Origin: Halanaeroarchaeum sp.
Lineage (GTDB): Archaea; Halobacteriota; Halobacteria; Halobacteriales; Halobacteriaceae
Reading direction: 5' to 3'
Assembly (NCBI GenBank): GCA_042216045.1
Contig: JBDGUE010000034.1
Span: forward strand, 92 to 64,091
Length of the DNA stretch: 64,000 nucleotides
The notes beneath the pieces were generated by a model, which worked only from the letters and a program-made list of their open reading frames with translations, did not search any database and was not told where the DNA came from. Both the position numbers and the translations under genes were made by a program. Position 1 is the first letter of the stretch. Each line of letters begins with the position of its first letter. This document shows, in pieces, positions 28,489 through 38,976 of this stretch.

Positions 28489-29076
28489 ATGCGCGATCTC
28501 GACGAGACGGACGTCGAAATCCTCGGAATGCTGGTCGAGGACGGTCGTCGGTCCTACCGCGACATCGCAGAGGCGGTCGACCTCTCGCCACCGGCGGTCT
28601 CCGATCGGGTGCAACGCCTCCACGATCAGGGCGTCATTCGACGCTTCACCGTGGACCTGGACCGGAGTCAGTTGCGGGAGGGAACGGAGGTCCTGATCAC
28701 GATCGAGGTCGATCCGTCGACGGTCGAGGAGGTGAAGGCGGTGCTCGCGGACGTCGAGGCGGTCGAACACGTCTTCGTGACGGTCGACGCCCGCGTCGTC
28801 GTCCAGGCCAACGCGCCGGGCGACGTCCGGCAGTGGCTGCACTCCATCGTCGACCCGGACCTGGTCCGTTCGCTCGACGTGGACCTCCTGAGCGAGGCCG
28901 AGTGGACCCCCGCGGTCGGCGGCACCGAGTTCGCGCTCACCTGCGACGAGTGCGGCAACACGGTGACCGCCGAGGGCGTGACCGCCCGCATCGGGGGCGA
29001 GGTGAAGCAGTTCTGTTGTCCGTCCTGTGAGTCACAGTACCGGCAGTCCTACGAGCAACTCGCCGAGAACGCCTGA
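28489..29076 (+). CDS. Lrp/AsnC family regulator with C-terminal TRASH domain (copper-responsive, CopR/CopT-like)
   Basis: LDETDVEIL..L.EDGRRSY.DIA..V.LS.PAVS.RV; CDECGN...FCCPSC; lies upstream of copA. Confidence 0.9.
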   Translation: MRDLDETDVEILGMLVEDGRRSYRDIAEAVDLSPPAVSDRVQRLHDQGVIRRFTVDLDRSQLREGTEVLITIEVDPSTVEEVKAVLADVEAVEHVFVTVDARVVVQANAPGDVRQWLHSIVDPDLVRSLDVDLLSEAEWTPAVGGTEFALTCDECGNTVTAEGVTARIGGEVKQFCCPSCESQYRQSYEQLAENA

Positions 29077-29261
29077 CCCGCTGTGGTCGGTGTCCGGAGT
29101 CCGATCCGTTCGAGCCGTCGTCGAATCGCGGGGGACACGGCCGAGGCGATCCCGAATCGGCGGTCGGTCTTTTGGATCGAAAGTCCTCCCGCAATTCGGA
29201 GACGATTCGTTAAGGGAAATTAGCATCAACGAGGGGGCCCTCCCTAGACACAGTGAGTAGC

Positions 29262-31826
29262 ATGCGCACCTCGCGGCTCGAAGTGACCGGGATGAGCTGT
29301 GCGAACTGTTCGGCGACCATCGAGGAATCGCTCGAGGACAGGGAGGGCGTCGCCGAGGCGACCGCCAACTTCGCCACGGACGAGGCGTCCGTCGAGTACG
29401 ATCCGGACGCGATCGACCTCGCGACGATCTACGAGACCATCGAGGAAGCGGGCTACGGCGCTGCCTCCGAGACCGTCTCGATCGGCGTCTCGGACATGTC
29501 GTGTGCGAACTGCGCCGAGACGATCGCCGACCGCCTCGACGACACGGCCGGGGTGATCGAGGCCTCCGTCAACTACGCCACCGACGAGGCGAACGTCACC
29601 TACAACCCAGCCGACGCCTCGCTGTCGGACCTCTACGACGCGATCGAGGCGGCCGGATACTCGCCCGTGCGCGAGTCCGAGACCGAGACGAGCGAGGCCG
29701 ACAGGCGGAGCGCGGCACGCGAGGAGGAGATCGGAAAGCAGCGTCGACTCCTGCTCTTCGGGGCGGCGTTCTCCGCTCCCCTGCTGGGGATGCTCCTCGA
29801 GCACTTCTTCTTCCCGGGCCTGCTGCCGTCCTCGGTCGCGGGCGTCGACGTCGGGTGGCTCGCGTTCGCGCTCGCGACGCCCGTCCAGGTCGTCCTGGGA
29901 CGGGAGTTCTACCGCAACTCGTGGAACGCACTCGTCCACAACCGGACGGCGAACATGGACGTCCTCATCGCGCTCGGGTCGACGACGGCCTACGTGTACA
30001 GCGTCGCCTCGCTCTCGGGACTCATCGCCGGCGGCCTGTACTTCGACAGCGCGGCGCTCATCCTGGTGTTCATCACCCTCGGCAACTACCTCGAGGCTCG
30101 CTCCAAGGGACGGGCCGGCGAGGCCATCCAGGAACTCCTCGAGATGGAGGCCGACACCGCGACCGTCATCGGCCCCGACGGGGGCGAGGAGGAAGTGCCC
30201 CTCGAGGACGTAAAGGAGGGAGACCTGCTCAAGGTCCGGCCCGGCGAGAAGATCCCGACGGACGGAGAGGTCGTCGACGGACAGAGCGCGGTCGACGAGT
30301 CCATGGTGACCGGCGAGTCGGTCCCCGTCGAGAAGGAACCCGGCGACGAGGTCGTCGGCTCGACGATCAACGAGAACGGCGTGCTCACGGTCCAGGCCAC
30401 CAAGGTCGGCTCCGAGACGGCCATTCAGCAGATCGTCGACCTCGTTCGCGAGGCCCAGTCCCGCCAGCCCGAGATCCAGAATCTCGCCGATCGGATCAGC
30501 GCGGTCTTCGTCCCCTTCGTGATCGCGAACGCCCTCCTCTGGGGAACGCTCTGGTACCTGTTCCCCGGCGCACTGGCCGGGTTCGTCCACTCGCTGCCGG
30601 TCTGGGGGATCGTCGCCGGTGGACCGACGGTCGCCGGCGGCACCGTCTCCACGTTCGAGTTCTCCGTCGTGGTCTTCGCCAGCGCGGTCCTGATCGCCTG
30701 CCCCTGCGCGCTGGGGCTCGCCACGCCGGCCGCGACGATGGTCGGAACGAGCATCGGCGCGCGCAACGGGATACTCTTCAAGGGCGGCGACGTCCTCGAG
30801 CGAGTCAGAGACGTCGACGGCGTCGTCTTCGACAAGACGGGCACGCTCACGGAGGGCGAGATGACCCTCACGGACGTGGTGACCCTCGACCGCGACGTCG
30901 CCGCCGACGGCGCTCTCCTCGAGCGCGTCGACGAGTCCTTCGTCCTCGAGATGGCGGGAAGCGCCGAGCGAGCGAGCGAGCACCCCCTCGCGACGGCCAT
31001 CACGGAGGGTGCAGAAGACCGGGGCGTCGAGACGACGGACCCCGCGGAATTCGAGAACGTCCCCGGACGGGGCATCACGGCGACCGTCGACGGACGAGAC
31101 GTCCTCGTGGGCAATCGAACGCTCATGGAGGAACGCGACGTCGAGACCGAGGAGGCCGCCGACGCCCTCGAACGACTCGAATCGGAGGGCAAGACCGCCA
31201 TGCTCGTCGCGGTCGACGGGAGACCGGTGGGCGTCGTGGCCGCCGCCGACGAGGTCAAGACCTCCGCCCGCGAGGCGGTTGCGGCCCTGCACGACCGGGA
31301 TCTCGACGTCTGGATGATCACCGGCGACAACGAGCGAACGGCGCGGGCGGTCGCGAGCGACCTCGGCATCGACCCCGACGACGTCCAGGCGGGGGTCCTG
31401 CCCGAGGACAAGGCAGACGCCGTCGAGTCGATCCAGTCCTCGGGGCGGCGCGCCATGATGGTCGGTGACGGCGTGAACGACGCACCCGCCCTCGCCGCCG
31501 CGTCCGTGGGGACCGCCATCGGGAGCGGCACCGACGTGGCCATCGAGGCCGCGGACGTGACGCTGATGCGAGACGACCCACTCGACGTGGTGAAGGCCAT
31601 TCGGATCTCGAACGCGACCCTCCAGAAGATCAAGCAGAACCTCTTCTGGGCGCTCGGGTACAACACCGTGATGATCCCGCTCGCCTCCCTGGGGTTGCTC
31701 CAACCGGCCCTCGCCGCCGCAGCGATGGCCTCCTCGAGCGTGAGCGTCCTCACGAACAGCCTGGTGTTCCGCCGGTACACGCCGGACGTGGAGTACCGAC
31801 TCCTCGGGAGCCTCCGCGGGCGGTGA
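29262..31826 (+). CDS. copA: Cu(I)-translocating P1B-type ATPase
   Basis: Two MSCANC HMA domains, TGES, CPC, DKTGT, SEHP, GDGVND, YN and MxxSS; GTG at 29253 is an alternative start. Confidence 0.96.
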   Translation: MRTSRLEVTGMSCANCSATIEESLEDREGVAEATANFATDEASVEYDPDAIDLATIYETIEEAGYGAASETVSIGVSDMSCANCAETIADRLDDTAGVIEASVNYATDEANVTYNPADASLSDLYDAIEAAGYSPVRESETETSEADRRSAAREEEIGKQRRLLLFGAAFSAPLLGMLLEHFFFPGLLPSSVAGVDVGWLAFALATPVQVVLGREFYRNSWNALVHNRTANMDVLIALGSTTAYVYSVASLSGLIAGGLYFDSAALILVFITLGNYLEARSKGRAGEAIQELLEMEADTATVIGPDGGEEEVPLEDVKEGDLLKVRPGEKIPTDGEVVDGQSAVDESMVTGESVPVEKEPGDEVVGSTINENGVLTVQATKVGSETAIQQIVDLVREAQSRQPEIQNLADRISAVFVPFVIANALLWGTLWYLFPGALAGFVHSLPVWGIVAGGPTVAGGTVSTFEFSVVVFASAVLIACPCALGLATPAATMVGTSIGARNGILFKGGDVLERVRDVDGVVFDKTGTLTEGEMTLTDVVTLDRDVAADGALLERVDESFVLEMAGSAERASEHPLATAITEGAEDRGVETTDPAEFENVPGRGITATVDGRDVLVGNRTLMEERDVETEEAADALERLESEGKTAMLVAVDGRPVGVVAAADEVKTSAREAVAALHDRDLDVWMITGDNERTARAVASDLGIDPDDVQAGVLPEDKADAVESIQSSGRRAMMVGDGVNDAPALAAASVGTAIGSGTDVAIEAADVTLMRDDPLDVVKAIRISNATLQKIKQNLFWALGYNTVMIPLASLGLLQPALAAAAMASSSVSVLTNSLVFRRYTPDVEYRLLGSLRGR

Positions 31827-31871
31827 CCGCGACCCGAAACGCCCTAAACCTCCCCCACCCAACGGAGGGGC

Positions 31872-32183
31872 ATGACGACGACGGTTTCCGTCACGGACAT
31901 GTCCTGCGACGGCTGTGAAGACATCGTGGAGGGCGCGGTCGAGGAGGTCTCGGGCGTCGAGTCCGCCTCGGCGGATCGCAGCGCAGAGACGGTGACGATC
32001 GAGGGCGACCCAGACGTCGAGGCGGTTTTCGAGGCCATCGAGTTCGCCGGCTACACCCCGTCGACGACGGACGAGGACCCCACCGAGGACGGCGAGGCGG
32101 ATGATGACGAAGAGACGGAGGAGACGGACGAAGCGGACGCAGACGACGCCGACGGGACCGAGACGAACGAAGACGACGAATAG
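31872..32183 (+). CDS. copZ: Copper chaperone (HMA domain) with long acidic C-terminal tail
   Basis: MSCDGC motif, AGY, then about 35 mostly Asp/Glu/Thr residues. Confidence 0.85.
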   Translation: MTTTVSVTDMSCDGCEDIVEGAVEEVSGVESASADRSAETVTIEGDPDVEAVFEAIEFAGYTPSTTDEDPTEDGEADDDEETEETDEADADDADGTETNEDDE

Positions 32184-32203
32184 CGACGATTTTCTCGCGG
32201 CAT

Positions 32204-32229
32204 CGAGACGGTCGCCCCGGACGGTCTCG
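32204..32229. other. Hairpin downstream of copZ (possible terminator or RNA stability element)
   Basis: CGAGACGGTC(32204-13) vs GACGGTCTCG(32220-29), one mismatch; preceded by ATTTT just after the stop. Confidence 0.45.
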
Positions 32230-32355
32230 CCTGACGGGAAATCCTCTCCGAGCCGAGTCCCACGCGAATTCCACCCCGAGACCGCACGGATCCATCGCCG
32301 AGGTCCTCAGAGCCCCCTTCCAGCAGGGACGGCCCCACGGGAGCGAGCGATGCCG

Positions 32356-32463
32356 GAGGTTTTCACCTCGATGGAGTTCCATCCACAGGTGGATCGGTCC
32401 CCACGGTATCGGGGGTAGTTACTTTCCGTAACCTGGTCACGGTACCAATACCGAATTTATAAT
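32356..32463 (+). promoter_or_regulatory. Cluster of short palindromes plus TATA box upstream of the small wHTH gene
   Basis: GAGGT-4-ACCTC, GATGGA-2-TCCATC, ATCCAC-2-GTGGAT, GTTAC-5-GTAAC; TTTATAAT at 32456-32463. Confidence 0.55.
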
Positions 32464-32490
32464 AGCCCCCAGAACTTTGGTAAACCTAGA

Positions 32491-32766
32491 ATGACCCCAG
32501 CCGACAACAGCGTCCGCGAGTTGCCGCCGAGTGGAAAGCTCGTCCTCAAGGTCCTGGAGTACAACGGGGGGCTGACGCAAAAGCAGATCGTCGAGAAGTC
32601 CCGACTCTCCCAGCGGACGGTCCGCGACGCCCTCGACCGACTGCAAGAGCAGAACATCGTCGAGAAGAACATCTACGTCCCGGACGCTCGACAGAACCTC
32701 TACACGCTGACGGTCGACGGCGAGGCCGCCGACGCGGAGACGGAGGCCGAGGCCTCCCTCGACTGA
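32491..32766 (+). CDS. Small winged-HTH DNA-binding protein (MarR/Lrs14-like)
   Basis: LPPSGKLV.KVLEY.G.LTQKQI.E.SRLS.RTVR.AL, DARQNLY. Confidence 0.88.
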   Translation: MTPADNSVRELPPSGKLVLKVLEYNGGLTQKQIVEKSRLSQRTVRDALDRLQEQNIVEKNIYVPDARQNLYTLTVDGEAADAETEAEASLD

Positions 32767-32821
32767 CGACACCGCCACCGCCCGACGGGAGCCTTTTCTC
32801 TGGAGGCGTCCACCACCGTCC

Positions 32822-33480
32822 ATGGATACGGAGCCCTCCAGCCCCATCCAGCGCGCTGCCGCCCTGAGCCGACGAGCGCCCCGCCTCGCCCTGTTCCCGT
32901 TGCTCGGCGGCCCGTCGAGCGTGGGGACGGTCCTCACCCACGCGACGCCGACAGACGGGGCAGTCACGGTTCCGCACCCGACCGGCCTCCCGACGGTCTG
33001 GACGTCCACGAGTACGTCTGCGACCGGCACGGGACTCGCGGTGGAACCGTCGGCCTCCGTCGTCGGGTTCGGTGGGTTCCTCGTGGGGTTCGTCGCCTCG
33101 GTCGTCCTCGCGCTCGCCCTGCCGTTCGTCGTCTTCGTGCCACTCGGGGTCGTCGCGACGCTCGTCGCCGGGTACGTCATCTACGGACTCCCGTTCGTGG
33201 TCGTCGTGGAGGACGTCTCCGTGCGGACCGCGTTCGCGCGGACGTGGCCGCTCGCGACGTCGATTCGAGGCCGCCGGGTACGGGCTCGGGGACCTCGTCT
33301 GCGGAACCCTGCTGTCGATTCCCGTGACGATGCTCGTCTACGGTCTCGGGCTCCCGGGCATCGCGATCGGACCCATCGCGACGGACGGTCCGGCTCTTCC
33401 TCACCGCCTCGGCGTCATGATCTTCCGGGAACTGGCTTGCGGTCCCGAAACGGGGGCGGGCTACCCCCCGCGAACGGGAG
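32822..33480 (+). pseudogene. Probable frameshifted membrane-protein pseudogene
   Basis: The 32822 frame is hydrophobic up to RTAFARTWPLATS (about 33260) and then Arg-rich; hydrophobic coding resumes in the 33072 frame (AAGYGLGDLVCGTLLSIPVTMLVYGLGLPGIAI); both frames run into the convergent gene. Confidence 0.6.
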
Positions 33481-35103
33481 TCACTCCCCGAACTGTTCGC
33501 GCTCCTCCTCGCGGAGTTCGATGCGGCGGATCTTCCCACTCGACGTCTTCGGGAGGTCGTCGACGAACTCGATCCGGCGCGGGTACTTGTACGGGGCCGT
33601 CTCCGACTTCATGAACTCCTGAATCTCCTCCGCGAGGGCCTCGCTCGGTTCCGCGTCGTCGGTGAGGACCACGTAGGCCTTGACCACGCTGCCGCGCTCG
33701 TCGTGGGGACTTCCGACCGCTGCGGCCTCAGAGACTGCCTCGTGGCTGACGAGGGCGTCCTCGACCTCGAACGGGCCGATGCGGTATCCCGAGGAGATGA
33801 TGATGTCGTCGGCCCGTCCCTCGAAGAAGAAGTAGCCGTCCTCGTCCTCGCGGGCGAGGTCCCCGGTTCGGTAGTACTCCCCGTCGAAGGTTCGCTCGTC
33901 GAGGTGGGGTTTCTCGTAGTACCCGTCGAAGATCCCGGGGTTGTCCACCGGCACGGCGATCTCGCCGATCTCCCCCTGCTCGACCTCCGCTTCGTCCTGG
34001 GTGTCGATGATGGTCGTCTCCAGTCCCGGCGTGGGTTTGCCCATGCTGCCGGGCTTGACGTCGATCCCCGGGTAGTTCGTGACGATTGCGACGGTCTCCG
34101 TCTGCCCGTAGCCGTCCCGGGGGACGATGCCGAACGCGTCCTCGAAGGCCTCCATCGGTTCGACGTTGAGTGGCTCCCCCGCGGAGAGGGCGTGGGTCAG
34201 CGGGAGGTCCCAGGAGTCGAGGTCCTCCTGTGACCACATCCTGTACTGCGTCGGGACGGCACACAGGCGAGTGACCGACTCCGCCTCCATCACGTCGAGG
34301 AAGGTCGCGGGCTCGAATTCCCCCTCGTAGACGAGCTGGGTCGCCCCGGTCGCGAGCGCCACGCCGACCGGGCTCCAGAACCACTTCGCCCACCCGGTTC
34401 CCGTCGTCGCCCAGAGCAATTCTTCGGAGAGGTCGTCGTCGACGGAGACGCCCCACCAGTACGGGCCGTTGACCCGACTGAATGCGTACATCCAGCGATG
34501 CCGGTGGAGGACGGGCTTCGGTTTCCCGGTGGTCCCGCTCGTGTAGTTGATGGACATCGGATCGTCCGCCGAGAGGTCCGGACCCTCGTGGTGATCTGAC
34601 TCTCCCGCGAGAAGGTCCTCGAAGCGGTCCCAGCCCTCCTCGTCGCCGTCGAGGACGATCCGCCGCTCGATGGGGGTGTCCGCGGCCACCTCCTCGACCA
34701 TGTCGGTGAGCGATGCGTGGGCCACGACCGTCGTCGCCTCGCAGTCGTTCGCGCGGAACTCGATGTCCTTGGCCTGCAGCATCTCCGAGGAGGGGACCAG
34801 GATCGCCCCTCGCTCGAGGGCGCCCAACTGGATCGCGAACACGTCCGGGTGTCGGGGGAGGAGGTGCATCACGCGATCGCCCGGGCCGACGCCCATGGCC
34901 TCGAGGGCGTTCGCGAATCGGTTCATGTCCGCTCGGATCTCCGCGTAGGTGCGGGTCTCTCGGGTTCCGTCCTCGTCCCTGTAGACGACCGCCGTCCGGT
35001 CGCCCTGGGTCTCCGCGTACTCCTCGATCACCGACGTGATGGCGTAGTCCTCGGGGACGTCCCACTCGAACGACTCGACCGCGTCCGCGTACTCGACTGA
35101 CAT
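33481..35103 (-). CDS. AMP-forming acyl-CoA synthetase (medium-chain/ACSM-like)
   Basis: YTSGTTGKPK, TGWAK, SAGEPL, YGQTET, YRTGD, GRADD, PKTSSGKI. Confidence 0.93.
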   Translation of the reverse strand: MSVEYADAVESFEWDVPEDYAITSVIEEYAETQGDRTAVVYRDEDGTRETRTYAEIRADMNRFANALEAMGVGPGDRVMHLLPRHPDVFAIQLGALERGAILVPSSEMLQAKDIEFRANDCEATTVVAHASLTDMVEEVAADTPIERRIVLDGDEEGWDRFEDLLAGESDHHEGPDLSADDPMSINYTSGTTGKPKPVLHRHRWMYAFSRVNGPYWWGVSVDDDLSEELLWATTGTGWAKWFWSPVGVALATGATQLVYEGEFEPATFLDVMEAESVTRLCAVPTQYRMWSQEDLDSWDLPLTHALSAGEPLNVEPMEAFEDAFGIVPRDGYGQTETVAIVTNYPGIDVKPGSMGKPTPGLETTIIDTQDEAEVEQGEIGEIAVPVDNPGIFDGYYEKPHLDERTFDGEYYRTGDLAREDEDGYFFFEGRADDIIISSGYRIGPFEVEDALVSHEAVSEAAAVGSPHDERGSVVKAYVVLTDDAEPSEALAEEIQEFMKSETAPYKYPRRIEFVDDLPKTSSGKIRRIELREEEREQFGE

Positions 35104-35216
35104 ACCCCATCACTCTCCCGTGAGTGTCATAATAATTTGCCCACCATCGTTGGGGATCCCCCGGCCGATTCGCCGTCACCGATCCCGATTTATCCCTCAA
35201 CCGCCTGGACCGGGTC

Positions 35217-35843
35217 GTGGAACACCTCTCGGACCGCACGCGGAACCCGTTCGGCCTCGATCCGCCATGCGAGCGATTCGTCCCCGGCTACGGGGACCCG
35301 AACGCCGACGTCCACGTGATCGGCGACCACCCCGGCGTCCACGGCGGGGCGGAGACCGGGATCCCGTTCACCGGCAACACGGCGGGCGAGCGCGTTCAGT
35401 CGATACTCGAGGCGGTCGGTCTCCTCTCGTCCCCGGGCGAAAAACCGGACCCCCACTCGCTTTACCTCTCGTATCGCTATCCGTGCGTCGTCGAGGGGAC
35501 CCCCTCACGATCGGATTACGCCGATCTCGACCCCTACTTCGACGCCGAGCTGCGCGCCATCACGGCCCACGTGCTCGTTCCCGTCGGCGAGCGGGCCGTC
35601 CACCACGTGCTCGAGACCTTCACGACCGTGAACCCGACGGACAACGACGTGGCCGATCTCCACGCGACCGAGATATCTGGCGGGGCGTGGCTGGTCGTGC
35701 CCGTGGCCGATCCAGAACGCTGGGACGAGGGAGCGGGAGACCGCCTCCGACGGACGCTCGCGGACGTCCTGGCACGCGACTACGAACGGGAGAGCGACCT
35801 CGGACGGTTCCTCACGGACCCGGATCCGTATCGCGTCCGGTAG
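35217..35843 (+). CDS. Uracil-DNA glycosylase superfamily protein (atypical motifs)
   Basis: VPGYGDPNAD..VIGDHPG, TGIPFT, PYFDAEL..I..HVLVPVG. Confidence 0.78.
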   Translation: MEHLSDRTRNPFGLDPPCERFVPGYGDPNADVHVIGDHPGVHGGAETGIPFTGNTAGERVQSILEAVGLLSSPGEKPDPHSLYLSYRYPCVVEGTPSRSDYADLDPYFDAELRAITAHVLVPVGERAVHHVLETFTTVNPTDNDVADLHATEISGGAWLVVPVADPERWDEGAGDRLRRTLADVLARDYERESDLGRFLTDPDPYRVR

Positions 35844-35906
35844 GACCCGGCACCGGATCGGGCCCGGAGACGAAACGTCATAGTTGTTGGCGCCGTAGTC
35901 GAGGGC

Positions 35907-36893
35907 GTGTTCCAGATTCAGCTGACGAACGAGGCCTTCGAGGGGCGGAACGCCGTCTATCTCCTCGGGGAGGACTCCTCCGGACCGACGACGCTGGTGG
36001 ACACGGGGGTGGCCACGGGGGAGACCGAGACGGAACTCCGCCAGAGACTCGCCGCCCGCGACGTCGCCCTCGCGGACGTGGACAGGGTACTCCTGACGCA
36101 CTGGCACCACGACCACGCCGGACTCGCCGGCGCGATCCAGGCGGCGAGCGACGCGACGGTCTTCGTCCACGAGGCCGACGCTCCCCTCGTTCGCGGCGAC
36201 GAGGGGGCGCTCGAGGCCCTCGAGAACCGACAGCGCGACCGCTTCGCGGCGTGGGGAATGCCGCGGCCCAAACGCGAGGAGTTGTGCTCGTTCCTCGAGA
36301 CCCACGCCGACCTCCGCGGCGAACCGGTGGACGTGACGACGGTGTCGGACGGGGACGTCCTCCGGGCGGGCGATCACGACCTCGAGGTCGTCCACGTTCC
36401 GGGTCACGCCGCCGGTCTCGTCGCCTATCGAATGGAGCGAGAGGGGCGACGCGAGGCGTTCGTGGGCGACGCCGTGCTCCCGAAGTACACGCCCAACGTC
36501 GGCGGGGCCGACGTCAGGGTGGCCTCGCCACTCGCCTCGTACCTGCGGAGCCTCCAGACCCTCGTCGATCTGGATCTCGATCGGGCCTGGCCCGGGCATC
36601 GCGGACCGATCGTGGCACCGAGCGCCCGCGCCCGCGACATCGCGACCCACCACGCGCGGCGGACGGAACGCGTCCTCTCCGCACTCGAGGGGGGCTCTCC
36701 GCTCTCCGCGTGGGATGTGAGCGCAGCGCTCTTCGGCGATCTACACGACATCCACGTCCTCCACGGGCCGGGCGAGGCCGCCGCACACCTGGATCACCTC
36801 GTCGAGGCGGGCGTGGTTCGATCGACGCCGGACGGGTACGTGTGCAGGGAACGGGTCGAACCGCGATCGGTCCTCCCGGGGCCGGTCCCCTGA
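35907..36893 (+). CDS. MBL-fold metallo-hydrolase with C-terminal winged-helix-like region
   Basis: LVDTG, THWHHDHAG, PGHA, GDAVL, PGHR, EAAAHLDHL. Confidence 0.88.
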   Translation: MFQIQLTNEAFEGRNAVYLLGEDSSGPTTLVDTGVATGETETELRQRLAARDVALADVDRVLLTHWHHDHAGLAGAIQAASDATVFVHEADAPLVRGDEGALEALENRQRDRFAAWGMPRPKREELCSFLETHADLRGEPVDVTTVSDGDVLRAGDHDLEVVHVPGHAAGLVAYRMEREGRREAFVGDAVLPKYTPNVGGADVRVASPLASYLRSLQTLVDLDLDRAWPGHRGPIVAPSARARDIATHHARRTERVLSALEGGSPLSAWDVSAALFGDLHDIHVLHGPGEAAAHLDHLVEAGVVRSTPDGYVCRERVEPRSVLPGPVP

Positions 36894-36955
36894 GACGATG
36901 AGCGACGGGTTCCGCGGCCCAAAGCGGTATGCGCGTCCACGACGAACCGGGGGAC

Positions 36956-37513
36956 ATGGCCGAGGAGTCAGTACAGGAGCTGACCGAGGGTGATCAGGCC
37001 CCGGACTTCTCCCTCCCTGGAACGGACGGCGAGACGTACGAACTCGCGGACTTCGACGACGCGGCGGCCCTGCTCGTGGTGTTCACCTGCAATCACTGTC
37101 CGTACGCGCAGGCGAAGTTCGACGTGCTCAACGACCTGGCGGCCGACTACGACGACGTCGCGGTCGTGGGGATCAACCCGAACGACGAGACGGAGTACCC
37201 AGAGGACTCCTTCGAGCGGATGCGGGAACTCGTCGCCGACGGAACGATCGCCTACGACGCCTACCTCCGAGACGAGAGCCAGACGGTCGCGCGGGAGTAC
37301 GGCGCGGTCTGCACACCGGACCCGTTCCTCTTCCGGAACGGCGAGGACGGCTTCGTGTTGGCCTGGCACGGTCGCCTCGACGACGCGTTGAACCCCGACG
37401 ACGAACCGACGACCCACGACATGCGCGAGGCGATCGAGGCGGTACTGGCCGGCGACCCCGTGGACAAGGGCTTTCTCCCCTCGCGTGGCTGCTCGATCAA
37501 GTGGCGGGACTGA
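36956..37513 (+). CDS. Thioredoxin-fold / AhpC-TSA-like protein
   Basis: APDFSLPG.DG, FTCNHCPY, YPEDSF, YGAVCTPD, GRLDD, GCSIKW. Confidence 0.9.
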   Translation: MAEESVQELTEGDQAPDFSLPGTDGETYELADFDDAAALLVVFTCNHCPYAQAKFDVLNDLAADYDDVAVVGINPNDETEYPEDSFERMRELVADGTIAYDAYLRDESQTVAREYGAVCTPDPFLFRNGEDGFVLAWHGRLDDALNPDDEPTTHDMREAIEAVLAGDPVDKGFLPSRGCSIKWRD

Positions 37514-37516
37514 CCG

Positions 37517-38176
37517 ATGTCCGACGTCCTCGACGCGACGGTCGAGTCGGTGCTGGCGCTTGGCTCCCCCGATCCGGGGCAACCGATCGCCGACATGGAG
37601 GCGTACGCGGACGACCACGACTTCCCGATCGTCGGCGCCGACGTCGGCCGGTTCTTCCGGACGATCGCCACGATGGTCGACGCCGAGCGGATCTTCGAGT
37701 TCGGGTCCGGATTCGGCTACTCGGCGGTCTGGTTCGCCGCCGCACTCCCCGCCGACGGGGAGATCGTGCTCACCGACTACGACGCGACGAACCGGGAGCG
37801 TGCGCGTGCGTTCCTCGATCGCGCGGATTACGGCGACCGCGCGAGGATCGAGGGCGGAGACGCCCTCGAGACCGTGAGAGAGACGAGCGGTGACTTCGAC
37901 GTGGTGTTGATCGACCACGAGAAGCACCGGTACACGGAGGCCTTCGACGCGATCGCCGATCGGCTGTCCCGGGGCGGCGTCGTCCTCGCGGACAACGTCC
38001 TCGCCGGACCGACCGACCCGGCGGCCGTCGAGGCCGCACTCGAGGGCGAATCGCCGAGGGACGAGGCGACCGCCGGCGTCGCCGCTTACCTGGAGACGGT
38101 GCGGGATCACCCCGCCTTCGAGACGGCGATCGTGCCCCTGGGCGAGGGCGTCGCCGTCAGCGTCCGCCGCGACTAG
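37517..38176 (+). CDS. SAM-dependent O-methyltransferase
   Basis: EFGSGFGYSA, GDALE, FDVVLIDHEK..Y, GG...ADN. Confidence 0.9.
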   Translation: MSDVLDATVESVLALGSPDPGQPIADMEAYADDHDFPIVGADVGRFFRTIATMVDAERIFEFGSGFGYSAVWFAAALPADGEIVLTDYDATNRERARAFLDRADYGDRARIEGGDALETVRETSGDFDVVLIDHEKHRYTEAFDAIADRLSRGGVVLADNVLAGPTDPAAVEAALEGESPRDEATAGVAAYLETVRDHPAFETAIVPLGEGVAVSVRRD

Positions 38177-38976
38177 GACTCCGAGAGGGGCGCAACGAGG
38201 GTGGCGTCAGCGCGGGACGCCTCGACGATCGATCGGGCCCACCTGACCCCCTCCGCCGAGGTCGTGCGGGCGAACCCACCGACGCCCTGGGGGCCGTAGG
38301 CGAGCAGAGCGGCCTCCGTCGTCTCCCCCGATCCGATCTTGACGCTCGCGGGGGGCGTCCCGGCCGCCTCGTAGATTCGGACGCGACCGGTCTCGATGGC
38401 CTCCTCCAGCGGTTCCCAGTAGGTTGCGAGGAGATCGTCGAGGACGGCGGGTTCGACGACGAGATCGGCCTCCAGGTCTGCCTCGACAACCTGTGTCCGG
38501 TACGAGCGCACGTACTCCGGGAGGATTCCCGTCACGACGCTCTCGACGGAGTCCACGTCCTGGAGGAACTGCTGGAAGGCGACGACCGGTCTGTGGGGCG
38601 AGCTACGGGTGGCCGTGACGACGTCGGCCCCCTGGAAGAAGCCGAAGGGGATCGGCGTGGCCTCGTCCTCGGGGTTGGGTAGCATCGGACGGGCCCGATC
38701 GAGCGCCTCGAGGCCCCTCCGAAACGAGGTGTACCCATCGAGGGCGACCCGCCCGAAGGTGGTGAGCGCGACGGCACCGCCCCTCCGGGTGACGACGCCG
38801 CTCTCCTCCAGGGACCGAACGGCCCTGTCGACGGTCGAACGCGAGACGTCGAGGGTCGCCTCCAGTTCCCCCTTGGGCCGGTCGCGGTCGGCGAGGGCCT
38901 CGAGGAGCGCGAACCGATCGGCGAGACGCGAGACGAGACACTCGGCGTCCTCGCAGGGCATCGTCCGAAACTGCAT
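38173..38976 (-). CDS. Haloarchaeal HTH transcriptional regulator with C-terminal effector domain
   Basis: R..LLEAL...PKGELE..LDVSRSTVDRAVRSLE..G; start may be 38961. Confidence 0.82.
   Translation of the reverse strand: MQFRTMPCEDAECLVSRLADRFALLEALADRDRPKGELEATLDVSRSTVDRAVRSLEESGVVTRRGGAVALTTFGRVALDGYTSFRRGLEALDRARPMLPNPEDEATPIPFGFFQGADVVTATRSSPHRPVVAFQQFLQDVDSVESVVTGILPEYVRSYRTQVVEADLEADLVVEPAVLDDLLATYWEPLEEAIETGRVRIYEAAGTPPASVKIGSGETTEAALLAYGPQGVGGFARTTSAEGVRWARSIVEASRADATLVAPLSES

Noticed and set aside
29244-31862. 872-aa ORF antisense to copA, and similar long overlapping ORFs such as 19246-21492 and 11733-13823
   Set aside because: Stop-poor alternative frames of well-supported genes; composition does not match the acidic proteome
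28489-32183. Copper locus as a mobile resistance island
   Set aside because: No transposase, integrase, terminal repeats or obvious compositional shift; regulator-copA-copZ is a common chromosomal set
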